Both the position numbers and the translations under genes were made by a program. The notes beneath the pieces are model-generated. The model was not told the DNA's origin, did no database searches, and saw only the letters and a list, made by a program, of their open reading frames with translations. From the NCBI GenBank assembly GCA_020635435.1, contig JACJZU010000001.1:208999-272998 (forward strand): 64,000 nt of DNA. The letters are read 5' to 3'. Positions 1 through 9,542 of this stretch are shown here, piece after piece. Position 1 is the first letter of the stretch. Every line of letters starts with the position of its first letter. This stretch comes from Flavobacteriales bacterium (GTDB lineage Bacteria; Bacteroidota; Bacteroidia; NS11-12g; UBA9320).

Positions 1-893
1 TGGAAGCTCTGCCCAAGGATGGGTTGTTTCACCAATTCTTCCAATTGATCCTTTGGATCGTCTTCATACTTGTGCTCAGTTGGTTGATCCGATCGGGTCT
101 GAACCGCACGATCACCGACAATACCCTCCGATACCGCGTTAAAAAGACCATTCGCTTGGTTAGTGTGGTTCTTGTTCTCCTTATAGTTATTCTTTTCTTC
201 ACCGGCAAAGGGCAATATGTAAGTCTGGTGATCGGACTGGCCAGTGCCGGATTGGCCTTTGCCTTACAGGAAGTCATCCTCAGTGTGGCGGGATGGATCT
301 CGATCTTCAGCTCCAAGATCTATAAAACCGGTGATCGGATCGAACTCAACGGCGTGCGCGGCGATGTGATCGATATCTCGATAACCCGCACAACCCTCAT
401 GGAAATAGGCGGTTGGTCCAACAGCGACAATTACAGCGGAAGAATTGTCCAGATCAGCAATTCGTTCGTTTTCAAGGGACCGGTAAGCAATTATTCAACC
501 GATTTCCCATTTGTTTGGGACGAGATCGTGCTTCCCATTGCTTACGGATCGGACCTGGCCGAAGCTCGAGGCATAGTGCAGGACATAGCCTCCGGACATC
601 TTACCGAATACGCTTCCTATGCCCATACGCACTGGAAGCAAATGTTGAGCAAGTACTACATCGAGAACGCCAATGTGGAGCCAACCCTGTCTGTCAAACT
701 CACAGATAACTGGATCGAACTTACGTTGCGTTATGTAGTCGACTACAAGAAACGCCGAAGTTCCAAAACGGATCTATTCACTGCCATTCATGAGTCAATA
801 CGCGCAAGTAACGGAAGAGTGAAGATCGCCTCCGCCACTATAGACATCAGCGGCATGCCACAGGTTGAAGTTGATCTGAAGGAATCAAAATGA
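1..893 (+). CDS. Mechanosensitive ion channel, MscS family (5' end probably outside the window)
   Basis: ORF 24..893 begins at a TTG and the frame stays open back to nt 3, so the true start is likely upstream. N-terminal TM helices are followed by an MscS-type segment (KTGDRIELNGVRGDVIDISITRTTL...GRIVQISNS). Confidence 0.75.
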   Translation, partial: EALPKDGLFHQFFQLILWIVFILVLSWLIRSGLNRTITDNTLRYRVKKTIRLVSVVLVLLIVILFFTGKGQYVSLVIGLASAGLAFALQEVILSVAGWISIFSSKIYKTGDRIELNGVRGDVIDISITRTTLMEIGGWSNSDNYSGRIVQISNSFVFKGPVSNYSTDFPFVWDEIVLPIAYGSDLAEARGIVQDIASGHLTEYASYAHTHWKQMLSKYYIENANVEPTLSVKLTDNWIELTLRYVVDYKKRRSSKTDLFTAIHESIRASNGRVKIASATIDISGMPQVEVDLKESK

Positions 894-1057
894 CCCGGGA
901 AACGATCCCCACAAAGATCCGGAAAATGGAGTATATTTGGGAGAAACCAGTACACTGCAACCCAGGCAACTCTGGGTACTCGACGACTGGATGTTGAATA
1001 CAGATCTTCCTCAATCTGGATTCGACAGCGTATGATGAACGAGTCCAGGATAAACTT

Positions 1058-1384
1058 ATGGTAAAAGAACAATTCGGACATACGGACAGCGAGGGGCGGA
1101 TTCTCACGGCACATCCGGCGGGGAAACAGGGTGTTCGGATCAGCGCGGAAAAATACCATAGTATCCGTGATTACATCTTTAATTGCTTACTCGAACAACC
1201 GGGATTATCGTACAAGGAGCTCGATGCACGTGCCAATCAGGAATTGAAGGATTTTGAAGGCAGCGTGAGCTGGTATGTGGTAACTGTGAAACTCGATATG
1301 GAAGCCCGTGGCGAGATCGAACGGATACCCGGAAGTCGTCCACAACGGATCCGCCTGTCGCATCAATCCCATCGCATAGAATAA
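1058..1384 (+). CDS. Conserved hypothetical small cytoplasmic protein
   Basis: 108-aa ATG-initiated ORF with no signal peptide. The stretch SVSWYVVTVKLDMEARGEIERIP recalls a small bacterial family of unknown function (from memory, unverified). The antisense ORFs 788..1159 and 847..1107 look spurious. Confidence 0.55.
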   Translation: MVKEQFGHTDSEGRILTAHPAGKQGVRISAEKYHSIRDYIFNCLLEQPGLSYKELDARANQELKDFEGSVSWYVVTVKLDMEARGEIERIPGSRPQRIRLSHQSHRIE

Positions 1385-1618
1385 GACACTGCGGTCCGTG
1401 CTGCCCGTCAGGATAAACGCATCAGATCAAGAGTTTTTACTGACCACAGTATCATTGCACGTGTTCCGTTGGGAACGGATCGGAGTGATCTGTGATCATT
1501 TCCAATGGGCACAATACTTCCCTTTTATTTCGTGCACCAGATATCACATTTTAATGTGATTGCCACCCGTTTTGGTTCGATATAATTTGGTCGGAGCAAA
1601 AAACACCAGGAATCAATC

Positions 1619-2410
1619 ATGAAGAAAAAGCAACACCTACTGGGATTGCTCTTGCTTACGGCGGGTGTCCCAATGCTCTCCGGATGTGGTGCCATGATCG
1701 CTTCGATCCGGGGCGAAAAAGCCATTCAGGATCTGTATTTCACGTATATCGAACATGAGGATCCCTTCAGATCCGGCCAGAACGCCGGGATCGTGATTGG
1801 CAAGATCACCATGGAATGTGGTCCGCATTTTACCGGTTCCTCTTTCACCATACGCGATGAATCGGGCAAGGTTGTACCGATCAAGCTCCAATATCGCCTA
1901 CAGAAACAGTATGGCATCGTCAAATGGAAGAAGGATCAGGAGAAAACAGTCAGCTATGTTTATGCCGGTGACTATAACACCACTTCCGACGATGATTATA
2001 CGGAATTCGTTGGAGCCGGAACCTTGGGTTTGGGTGTATTGATGGGCAGTATGGGTAGCAAGACGAAGAATGTAATGAATATGACCATGGCAATGCCTGA
2101 AGGCTGGTTCATGGTGAAGCTGCCCCCCGGTAACTATAAGATCAGCGATGCACGTGCAGACTTCCTCGAAAGTGAAACCAACAGAGGCTACAATAGTTCC
2201 ACCACCGTTGTAACTGAATACAAGAATCAATTGAATAAAACCGTGAATTTTACAATTGGTAGCGAGCAGATCACCTATATGGGGAATTACCACGTAAGAT
2301 CAAATGGCGAAGTGGACTTCAACTACGACGATGCCGAAATGGAGACCGCCTTGAACAAGGGACTTTCCCGGCTGAGGGTGAGCTCACCGAAGTGGCCCAT
2401 ATCCAGATAA
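1619..2410 (+). CDS. Hypothetical lipoprotein
   Basis: N-terminus MKKKQHLLGLLLLTAGVPMLSGC carries a signal peptide and a lipobox cysteine. A strong terminator follows the gene. Confidence 0.7.
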   Translation: MKKKQHLLGLLLLTAGVPMLSGCGAMIASIRGEKAIQDLYFTYIEHEDPFRSGQNAGIVIGKITMECGPHFTGSSFTIRDESGKVVPIKLQYRLQKQYGIVKWKKDQEKTVSYVYAGDYNTTSDDDYTEFVGAGTLGLGVLMGSMGSKTKNVMNMTMAMPEGWFMVKLPPGNYKISDARADFLESETNRGYNSSTTVVTEYKNQLNKTVNFTIGSEQITYMGNYHVRSNGEVDFNYDDAEMETALNKGLSRLRVSSPKWPISR

Positions 2411-2434
2411 CCACCAATTAACCTTGCCATACAT

Positions 2435-2466
2435 CCCCGGAGACAGCCTCTTCGGGGATTTTTTTT
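2435..2466 (+). terminator. Rho-independent terminator of the lipoprotein gene
   Basis: 9-bp stem CCCCGGAGA/TCTTCGGGG (one G-T pair) with loop CAGCC at 2435..2457, followed by A and a T8 run at 2459..2466. Confidence 0.7.
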
Positions 2467-2504
2467 GGTGTTCCGGCATATTTTCCTTATTCTGTCCGGA
2501 AACT

Positions 2505-2963
2505 ATGCAAACACAAACTCAATCCATGCAATTCGTTCAGTACGACGCGTTTCAAAAACTACCAACCGATAGGAAGAATCAGTTGGTAAAATTTCTATAC
2601 AGGCATCTCGGTGCATATGGAGATAGTCCACAAGCAATCGGGAAATCGATCGAATATGCCATGAAGGAACGTCCGGCGTTTGGCGGTTTCGTTCTTTTGG
2701 CGATGGATAAACAAGAAATACTCGGTGCAGTTGTTTTGAATAAGACGGGCATGGATGAATACATCCCTGAATACATTCTGGTTTACGTTGCCACGCACTC
2801 CGACCACAGGGGTAAAGGTATAGGCCGACGCCTGATGCAAGCGGCAATGGATAAATGTTCGGGTAGCATTGCACTCCATGTTGAACCGGATAATCCTGCC
2901 CTGCAGCTCTACGAAAAGCTTGGTTTCACAAATAAATACCTCGAAATGCGCCTGCATCGCTAG
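2505..2963 (+). CDS. GNAT family N-acetyltransferase
   Basis: Acetyl-CoA binding motif HRGKGIGRRLMQAAMD. ORF 2424..2963 was trimmed to the ATG at 2505 because its first 27 codons overlap the upstream terminator hairpin and T-run. Confidence 0.8.
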   Translation: MQTQTQSMQFVQYDAFQKLPTDRKNQLVKFLYRHLGAYGDSPQAIGKSIEYAMKERPAFGGFVLLAMDKQEILGAVVLNKTGMDEYIPEYILVYVATHSDHRGKGIGRRLMQAAMDKCSGSIALHVEPDNPALQLYEKLGFTNKYLEMRLHR

Positions 2964-2975
2964 CGCTATCAAGGA

Positions 2976-4409
2976 ATGCAGGGAATCGACATAATCATCT
3001 TCGGCATCTATGCACTGATCGTGCTTGGAGTGGGCCTTTTTTTTCATTTTCGGAACAAGAACCCCTCAGATTATTTCACAGGTGGGAGTCGAATGAGTCC
3101 CTGGCATATTGGATTATCCGTGGTAGCAACGGATGTAGGTGGCGGGTTCTCGATCGGCTTGGGCGGATTGGGTTTTGCAATGGGTCTTTCCGGTTCGTGG
3201 ATGCTTTTCACAGGGCTTATCGGCGCCTGGTTGAGTGCCGTACTGCTGATCCCGAAGGTAATTGGCCGTGCGCACAAGGAGGGTCTGCTTACATTTCCGC
3301 AATTACTTCGGCTAACCTATGGAAAACGGGTGGCACTGCTGGCAGGAATAATCTCGTTCATCGGCTATTTGGGGTTCACTTCTTCACAACTGCTGGCCGG
3401 TGCCAAATTGGCCGTGGGCACTTTCCCGGGCACCGATCTCCACAGTGCATTGCTTGTAATGGGGGCCATTGCAGTTATCTACACGGCTTTCGGAGGTATA
3501 AAAGCCGTGATCTATACCGACACTTTTCAATGGTTGCTTCTTTTGTCAGGCCTCATCTTCATAGCTCTTCCCTTGGCATATTCTAAACTCGGCGGGTACG
3601 CGGTTATTCGGGAGGCGGTTGCACCGAATTTGCTCTCCCTGCGAAATATCGAACCCATTCAATTTGTGAACTGGTTAGTAACAATTGTGCCGATCTGGTT
3701 CGTTGGTATGACGCTCTATCAACGAATTTATGCAAGCCGAAATGAGAAGGACGCCCGCAAAGCCTGGTTCATTGCCGGCTTATTCGAGTACCCCATTATG
3801 GCATTCATGGGTGTTACACTAGGTCTATTTGCCCGAATAGCTGCCGAACAAGGCATGTTTTCTTCAATTGGCCACATGCAGGCATCGGATCCGGACAGTG
3901 AACTGGGCTTGCCACTCTTACTGAGTCATATCCTTCCACAAGGTTTGATGGGAATTATGCTGGCCGCTTACTTTTCAGCGATACTTAGTACGGCAGATAG
4001 TTGTTTGATCGCAGCCTCAGGGAATTTGAGCACAGACCTTCTCGGCATGGGCAACGTTCGCAAATCGGATATGCGGATGTCTCAGCTTTTCACCTTGTTG
4101 GTTGGGGCTCTTGCCCTTTTAATAGCCACGCATATGCAGAGTGTACTCGACCTCATGCTCATGTCCTATGCATTTATGGTTTCCGGATTATTAGTTCCCG
4201 TATTGGCCATGCTGTTCATACATAAACCCATCTCACAGGCCGCCTTATGGAGTATGCTATTCGGTGGTACGGCTACACTCCTATTAACTTCACTGCATAT
4301 CCCCATTCCTTTTGGATTCGACCCCATTTTACCGGGTCTGATTCTAAGCACTTTGGTTTATGCAATAATTCACCTCTTATATCAAAACAAATGGCGCGCA
4401 TTGAATTGA
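2976..4409 (+). CDS. Sodium:solute symporter family (SSF) transporter
   Basis: 477 aa and polytopic. The N-terminal pattern DYFTGGSRMSPWHIGLSVVATDVGGG is typical of SSF permeases. Confidence 0.85.
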   Translation: MQGIDIIIFGIYALIVLGVGLFFHFRNKNPSDYFTGGSRMSPWHIGLSVVATDVGGGFSIGLGGLGFAMGLSGSWMLFTGLIGAWLSAVLLIPKVIGRAHKEGLLTFPQLLRLTYGKRVALLAGIISFIGYLGFTSSQLLAGAKLAVGTFPGTDLHSALLVMGAIAVIYTAFGGIKAVIYTDTFQWLLLLSGLIFIALPLAYSKLGGYAVIREAVAPNLLSLRNIEPIQFVNWLVTIVPIWFVGMTLYQRIYASRNEKDARKAWFIAGLFEYPIMAFMGVTLGLFARIAAEQGMFSSIGHMQASDPDSELGLPLLLSHILPQGLMGIMLAAYFSAILSTADSCLIAASGNLSTDLLGMGNVRKSDMRMSQLFTLLVGALALLIATHMQSVLDLMLMSYAFMVSGLLVPVLAMLFIHKPISQAALWSMLFGGTATLLLTSLHIPIPFGFDPILPGLILSTLVYAIIHLLYQNKWRALN

Positions 4410-5461
4410 AGCGATCCTCTCTATTGCACAATTTCATGTATCTGCAGGAACTGTTCGGCGAGTATGAGAAGAACTGGGGGGTGGTTACGAAGATCCTTTG
4501 CGGTAATGAACTTTATCTGAAGGAGATTGCGGCACTGAAACCTCAGGAGATTCACGATTCCCGATTAAGCAATCTCGAAAAAATGAAAGCAATTGCTCCT
4601 GAAATTCAGCGGGTATATATTAAGCCGCCTCCGGTAAATAGTTTAAAGAGACTGGTTGCCTGTGCAGATGTGAGTTTCAACACCCATATCTCTACCATTC
4701 AAAAGATCAACAGGGAAGCGGAGCGGCAAGGTGTGGTCCACAAGATCATCATCATGATCGAACTCGGTGAATTGCGGGAAGGCGTGATGCGGGAAGATGT
4801 AGTGCGGTTCTACGAGCAGGTTTTCGATCTCAAACATATTGATGTCATAGGGATCGGAAGCAATCTCAATTGTCTGAACGGGATATTACCTTCAATGGAT
4901 AAACTGATACAGTTGAGTTTATACGCCGAACTGATCAATGCCAAGTTCAACTCAAAAATAGAATGGATCACTGCCGGTTCTTCCATCACCTTACCCCTGC
5001 TTCGGAAAAAGCAGGTACCCTCGGGATGCAACCATTTCCGGGTAGGTGAAACACTGTATTTCGGCAACGACATCATCGCTAAGCGCCCGATACGTGCCAT
5101 GAGACAAGATATTTTCACTGTTCGGGCAGAGATCATTGAAATTCGGAGAAAACCCAAGATCCCAAGTGGCGAACAGGGCACGAATCTCCTGGGCGAAAAA
5201 CCGGAACGCTCCCCGGAAGACGAGGGCAAGGAAAGCATTCGTGCCATTATTGATATCGGGATCCTGGATGTTGCCCCGGCAGACCTTGTTCCTCTTGAAC
5301 CGGAAGTAGAGGTGATCGGCGGAAGCTCGGACATGATCGTAGTTGATGTTGGTGAAAACACAAGGGGATATGTTGTAGGCGATCTGCTCTCCTTCCGTCC
5401 CAATTATACCGGTGTTTTATCCCTGATGAATTCGGAATACATAGAAAAGATGGCGATTTGA
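4391..5461 (+). CDS. Alanine/ornithine racemase-like PLP-dependent enzyme
   Basis: ORF 4247..5461 was trimmed to the ATG at 4391 (MARIELKRSSLL...), which overlaps the symporter stop by 19 nt. It has a TIM-barrel racemase N-domain-like sequence with a candidate PLP lysine in VVTKILCGN. The family call is by eye. Confidence 0.65.
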   Translation: MARIELKRSSLLHNFMYLQELFGEYEKNWGVVTKILCGNELYLKEIAALKPQEIHDSRLSNLEKMKAIAPEIQRVYIKPPPVNSLKRLVACADVSFNTHISTIQKINREAERQGVVHKIIIMIELGELREGVMREDVVRFYEQVFDLKHIDVIGIGSNLNCLNGILPSMDKLIQLSLYAELINAKFNSKIEWITAGSSITLPLLRKKQVPSGCNHFRVGETLYFGNDIIAKRPIRAMRQDIFTVRAEIIEIRRKPKIPSGEQGTNLLGEKPERSPEDEGKESIRAIIDIGILDVAPADLVPLEPEVEVIGGSSDMIVVDVGENTRGYVVGDLLSFRPNYTGVLSLMNSEYIEKMAI

Positions 5462-5569
5462 TGCCCGTTTTCCCGAGGCGACTGATCAGGCAGCTGGAAA
5501 AATTGTGTGACTGAAGTCGCAAATGGAAAGGCAACGCGAATGGATCTTTGATGTAAATATAAGCAGCGC

Positions 5570-7189
5570 ATGTTCCTAAGATCTACACTACTTTTCCTTT
5601 CCCTCAGTCTCACCTCGATCGGGACTCTATTTGCCCAGGATCCCGGATTCGATATTGCCCTTGAAGAAATGGAGATCTCCAATTTGGGGGGCGTGCAGTC
5701 CTTCGCATGGGGACAACACGATGGGAAATGGCTGATAATCGGGGGTCGCGTCGATGGTTTGCATCGCAGGCAGCCCTTTGCCTCTTTTGATGTTGCGGGT
5801 AATAACAACCAACTGATCGTGGTAGACCCCAAGGAAAGGCGCAGCTGGTCTGCTCCCCTCAGTTCCCTGTCGAATTCCATGCAGGAACAACTGAGTTCAA
5901 CCAATATGGAATTCTATCAGACCGGCGAATACCTCTACCTTGCCGGAGGATATGGTTACAATGGGGGTTCGAACAATCACACAACCTTCGACAAATTCAC
6001 CGCGGTTAAGGTACCTGAAGTTATTGAGGCGGTGATTGAAGGAAAAAGTATTGTTCCCTATTTCAGGCAGATAACTTCCGACTTCAATCAGATCACAGGA
6101 GGACATTTAGAGAAGATCTACGACACTTACTATCAGGTGGGCGGACAGAAATTCGTTGGCCGCTACAATCCCATGGGGCCCGATCATGGGCCGGGTTTCA
6201 AACAGGAGTACACCAATGCAATACGCAGTTTCAAGATCGTTCATACCGATACCAGTTTATTGATCACCGATCGCAGAACACAATACGATTCCGTTAATCT
6301 GCACAGAAGGGATTATAATGTTGTTCCTCAGATCATGCCCAACGGTGAACAGGGACTTACCGCATTTTCAGGCGTCTTCCGTCCGGATGCAGATCTTCCA
6401 TTCTTAAACTGTGTGAACATCGACTCGGGTGGTTTTGAGGTCAATAATGCATTCAATCAGTTTTACAATCACTATCACTGCGCGAATGTGGCAATGTACA
6501 GCGCCCGGAAGAATGAGATGCACAACATCTTCTTTGGTGGAATCGCACAATATTACGATAGTTCCGGGATCTTGGTTCAGGACAATAACGTGCCCTTTGT
6601 AAAGACCATTGCACGTGTTACGCGCGACAGTAAGGGCAAAATGTCGGAATACAAACTTCCGATCAGTTTCCCCGATTATTTGGGAGCAGGTGCTGAATTC
6701 ATTCCCAATCCCGAGATACCGGCATACCCGAATCAGGTTGTGCGTTTGGACGAGATCGGTAACGACTCCGTTCTGCTGGGCTACATCTTCGGTGGAATAC
6801 GAAGCAGTGCCAAGAATATTTTCTTCATTAACAATGGTACACAAAGCACGGCAGTACCCGTGATTTATAAAGTCTATTTGATCAATACTCAAACAGGTTC
6901 CGTTCATGAATTGAACAGACACAGCAACAGTCCATTTAAGCTGAATGTGCTTCCAAATCCGAATCAGGGAGAATTCAAGATCGAATTTATGCTGGATATC
7001 CCACAGGAAGTGGAAGTGAAAGTAAGCGATATGCAAGGGAAAGTGATCTGGGAACGATCGGGTATAGACTGCATTTCCGGTTTGAATTCTATAAAAGCCG
7101 ATATCCGAAAACTAAGCCGCGGGGGCATGTATTATGTACAATTGAAAACCTCCGGCCACGAGGAAGTTCGGAAGGTTATTCTGCGTTAA
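5570..7189 (+). CDS. Secreted protein with T9SS type A C-terminal sorting domain (possible Kelch-like propeller)
   Basis: Signal peptide MFLRSTLLFLSLSLTSIGTLFAQ. The C-terminal ~80 aa (LNVLPNPNQGEFKIEF...MYYVQLKTSGHEEVRKVILR) match the Por/T9SS sorting-domain pattern. Confidence 0.8.
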   Translation: MFLRSTLLFLSLSLTSIGTLFAQDPGFDIALEEMEISNLGGVQSFAWGQHDGKWLIIGGRVDGLHRRQPFASFDVAGNNNQLIVVDPKERRSWSAPLSSLSNSMQEQLSSTNMEFYQTGEYLYLAGGYGYNGGSNNHTTFDKFTAVKVPEVIEAVIEGKSIVPYFRQITSDFNQITGGHLEKIYDTYYQVGGQKFVGRYNPMGPDHGPGFKQEYTNAIRSFKIVHTDTSLLITDRRTQYDSVNLHRRDYNVVPQIMPNGEQGLTAFSGVFRPDADLPFLNCVNIDSGGFEVNNAFNQFYNHYHCANVAMYSARKNEMHNIFFGGIAQYYDSSGILVQDNNVPFVKTIARVTRDSKGKMSEYKLPISFPDYLGAGAEFIPNPEIPAYPNQVVRLDEIGNDSVLLGYIFGGIRSSAKNIFFINNGTQSTAVPVIYKVYLINTQTGSVHELNRHSNSPFKLNVLPNPNQGEFKIEFMLDIPQEVEVKVSDMQGKVIWERSGIDCISGLNSIKADIRKLSRGGMYYVQLKTSGHEEVRKVILR

Positions 7190-7343
7190 TTCTGCCTCAC
7201 GATAGTCCAACACGTTGGAGGTATGAACAGAGCGTTTGGTGGAACAAGCTGTATTATCGAAGATAAGATATGAATCGGATTTGAGGAAAGGTTCTATGCA
7301 AACGGCCGTTAGCATTGTTTATACCGCGTGTTGGGGCGCGTGC

Positions 7344-7625
7344 TTACAGGCTGGGCTTGATCCTAATATTTTCACCAACAGCTCTCAATACTTTCAGTAT
7401 TGTGTCGAACTGAGGTTTTGCATTTTCAGAAAGTGCTTTGTATAAGCTCGGTCTGCTGAGTCCAGTTTGTTCAGCAATTTTGGACATTCCTATTGCTTTT
7501 GCAACATGCCCAAGTGCAGTAATAATTTCTTGTGAGTTGCCTTCCTCAAGAACAATATTTAAGTATTCCAGAAGCATTTCCTCATCATCGAGGTACTCAG
7601 CAATATCAAATTTTGAAACTTTCAT
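7344..7625 (-). CDS. Addiction-module antidote protein (HigA-like, XRE-type HTH)
   Basis: The protein starts at MKVSKFDIAEYLDDEEMLLEYLN. The segment GMSKIAEQTGLSRPSLYKALSENAKPQFDTILKVLRAVG is the classic antidote-family HTH. ORF 7344..7706 was trimmed to the ATG at 7625, 1 nt after the toxin-frame stop. Confidence 0.85.
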   Translation of the reverse strand: MKVSKFDIAEYLDDEEMLLEYLNIVLEEGNSQEIITALGHVAKAIGMSKIAEQTGLSRPSLYKALSENAKPQFDTILKVLRAVGENIRIKPSL

Positions 7626-7626
7626 T

Positions 7627-7932
7627 TTAACTGTCTTTGTAATTGTGCCAAAGTTTCTTGGCCTTTTTGATATCTCTATCCTGAGTGCTTTTGTCACCAC
7701 CAACAAGCAATAGTATCAAACGATGACCATGCTTCTTTTAGTAGATTCGATAGCCAGGGCCGAAATGAAATCGCAATTCGTCAATTCCATCACCTACGGA
7801 TCCAATGTCTCCAAGATTACCGGCTTCAACTCGTTGTAACCTTAACAAGATTTTGGCTTTGGCTTTTCTGTCTTCCAACCTTCGAAACCACTTATCAAAT
7901 TCCGAAGTTTTCTCTACAAGAAACATCTGCAA
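7627..7932 (-). pseudogene. RelE/HigB-like addiction-module killer gene interrupted by an in-frame TAA
   Basis: ORF 7738..7932 ends ...GPGYRIY then TAA (7738..7740). The same frame continues KKHGHRLILLLVGGDKSTQDRDIKKAKKLWHNYKDS to TAA at 7627..7629. That gives a 101-codon toxin frame with a single nonsense codon at codon 65. Confidence 0.8.
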
Positions 7933-8257
7933 ATGTAACCACTTGGATACGCATTGCGACCGGTGGATTGTCAGAAAATAGCGACGAATTGCATGCTCCC
8001 AACGTATTGTATTTACAACCCTGGGATTATGTCTGCAATTTCCATTTCCGATTTATAAAAATGCCCTCATTTTGACCCGATCGGGCAAAGTGTCGCATTA
8101 TCAATACAAAGCGAAAACGTTCTTTTTTACAGTAAACACGGGAGCTCCGGCAAGAAAATGTTAGTTAAGCGCCTTTTTGGTGTTGATTACCTTACCGGTC
8201 AAAAACAAGAACGAAGGGTAGTTTGAGGCTACTTTCACGGTCAGATAAAATGGCCCT

Positions 8258-9412
8258 GTGCTATTTTGTATGATACGGAGACTACTCTTTGCTATTCAAT
8301 GCATGGCTCTCATCGCGGTTTTGATCACCGGATGTAGCGTTGAATCTCCGACTCCTGAAGAGACCCCAACTATTCTCGAACATATAGCTCCCGGAGGGTC
8401 GGATTTCGAAATGGGAGCAGCAGAATGGAACGACCTCGATAACTGGATGTTCTGGAAAGATCTTGTGAACGGGGAATTCCATGACCAGTCCCGCAAATGG
8501 CGTTATCACACGAATTACCGTTTGGCATTTGAGCTAACAGCTAAGGGTAAACCTGCACCGAATGTGAAACTTGAACTCAAGAAGGGAGATACCTCGGAAT
8601 GGATCAGTCGGACGGATAATCTGGGTAGAGCGGAATTGTGGATCGATCTGTACAGAGGTGGCACCCACGTAGATCTCAGTAAATTCAGGCTTTACATTGA
8701 CGACCAGCTGGCTGATGTGAGTTTGAAATTATACGAAGAAGGAATCAATCATATTGCCATGGGTTTTGTAAAACCCGGATTGAACCGGGTGGAGATCGCC
8801 TTCATAGCGGATGCCACCGGTTCCATGAAAGAAGAGTTTTCGTACTTGCAGCGTAATATTGAACCTTTGTTGAAACGCATAGAAAATGCCGACCCAACGA
8901 TGGAGTTGCGCACTTCGGCGGTTCTTTTCAGGGATGAAAAAGACGATTTTGTAGTTAAAAGTTCAGATTTCAACTCCGATAACACGAAGACTATAGAATT
9001 CCTGAATTCTGTGCAGGCCGAGGGAGGATCCGATCACCGGGAGGCTGTCGATCTGGCTCTCAATCAGGCCATACAGCGTTTGAACTGGACTGAAAACGCC
9101 CGTACGCGCATCGCCTTTCTTTTGTTGGATGGCCCACCGAGATTTTGGGCTGAGAAGATCGTGGCCATGCAACAGACCATTCGAATTGCTTCGGCGCGTG
9201 GTATCAAGATCATTCCCATCACGGCTGCGGGAATCGACGTCGATGCCGAATTCCTGACTCGCTTTTTCGCAGTAGCCACGAATGGGACCTACACCTTCTT
9301 AACAAGTGATAACGACACTAAAAGCACAGACCCCACGGTCGGGTCGTTCGACACCAATGAGTTGAATAAGCTGATGGGTGAGATCATACTTCGCTATTCT
9401 ATACTCAAATAA
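8258..9412 (+). CDS. vWA domain-containing lipoprotein
   Basis: Lipobox LITGCS. MIDAS-like VEIAFIADATGSMKEE plus GGSDHREAVDLAL are typical of von Willebrand A domains. The start may be the internal MIRRLLF at 8270. Confidence 0.75.
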   Translation: MLFCMIRRLLFAIQCMALIAVLITGCSVESPTPEETPTILEHIAPGGSDFEMGAAEWNDLDNWMFWKDLVNGEFHDQSRKWRYHTNYRLAFELTAKGKPAPNVKLELKKGDTSEWISRTDNLGRAELWIDLYRGGTHVDLSKFRLYIDDQLADVSLKLYEEGINHIAMGFVKPGLNRVEIAFIADATGSMKEEFSYLQRNIEPLLKRIENADPTMELRTSAVLFRDEKDDFVVKSSDFNSDNTKTIEFLNSVQAEGGSDHREAVDLALNQAIQRLNWTENARTRIAFLLLDGPPRFWAEKIVAMQQTIRIASARGIKIIPITAAGIDVDAEFLTRFFAVATNGTYTFLTSDNDTKSTDPTVGSFDTNELNKLMGEIILRYSILK

Positions 9413-9542
9413 GCACATCCTGAAATCGGCCGATCTTTGATCAGTGTTGGTTCGTTGAGTTTCTCGAATATGCCAACACATCCCCCAAAATCCCCGGAGT
9501 GCTTAGCTTTTTTGTCCACAATGACCTAATTTCCGGGATATT

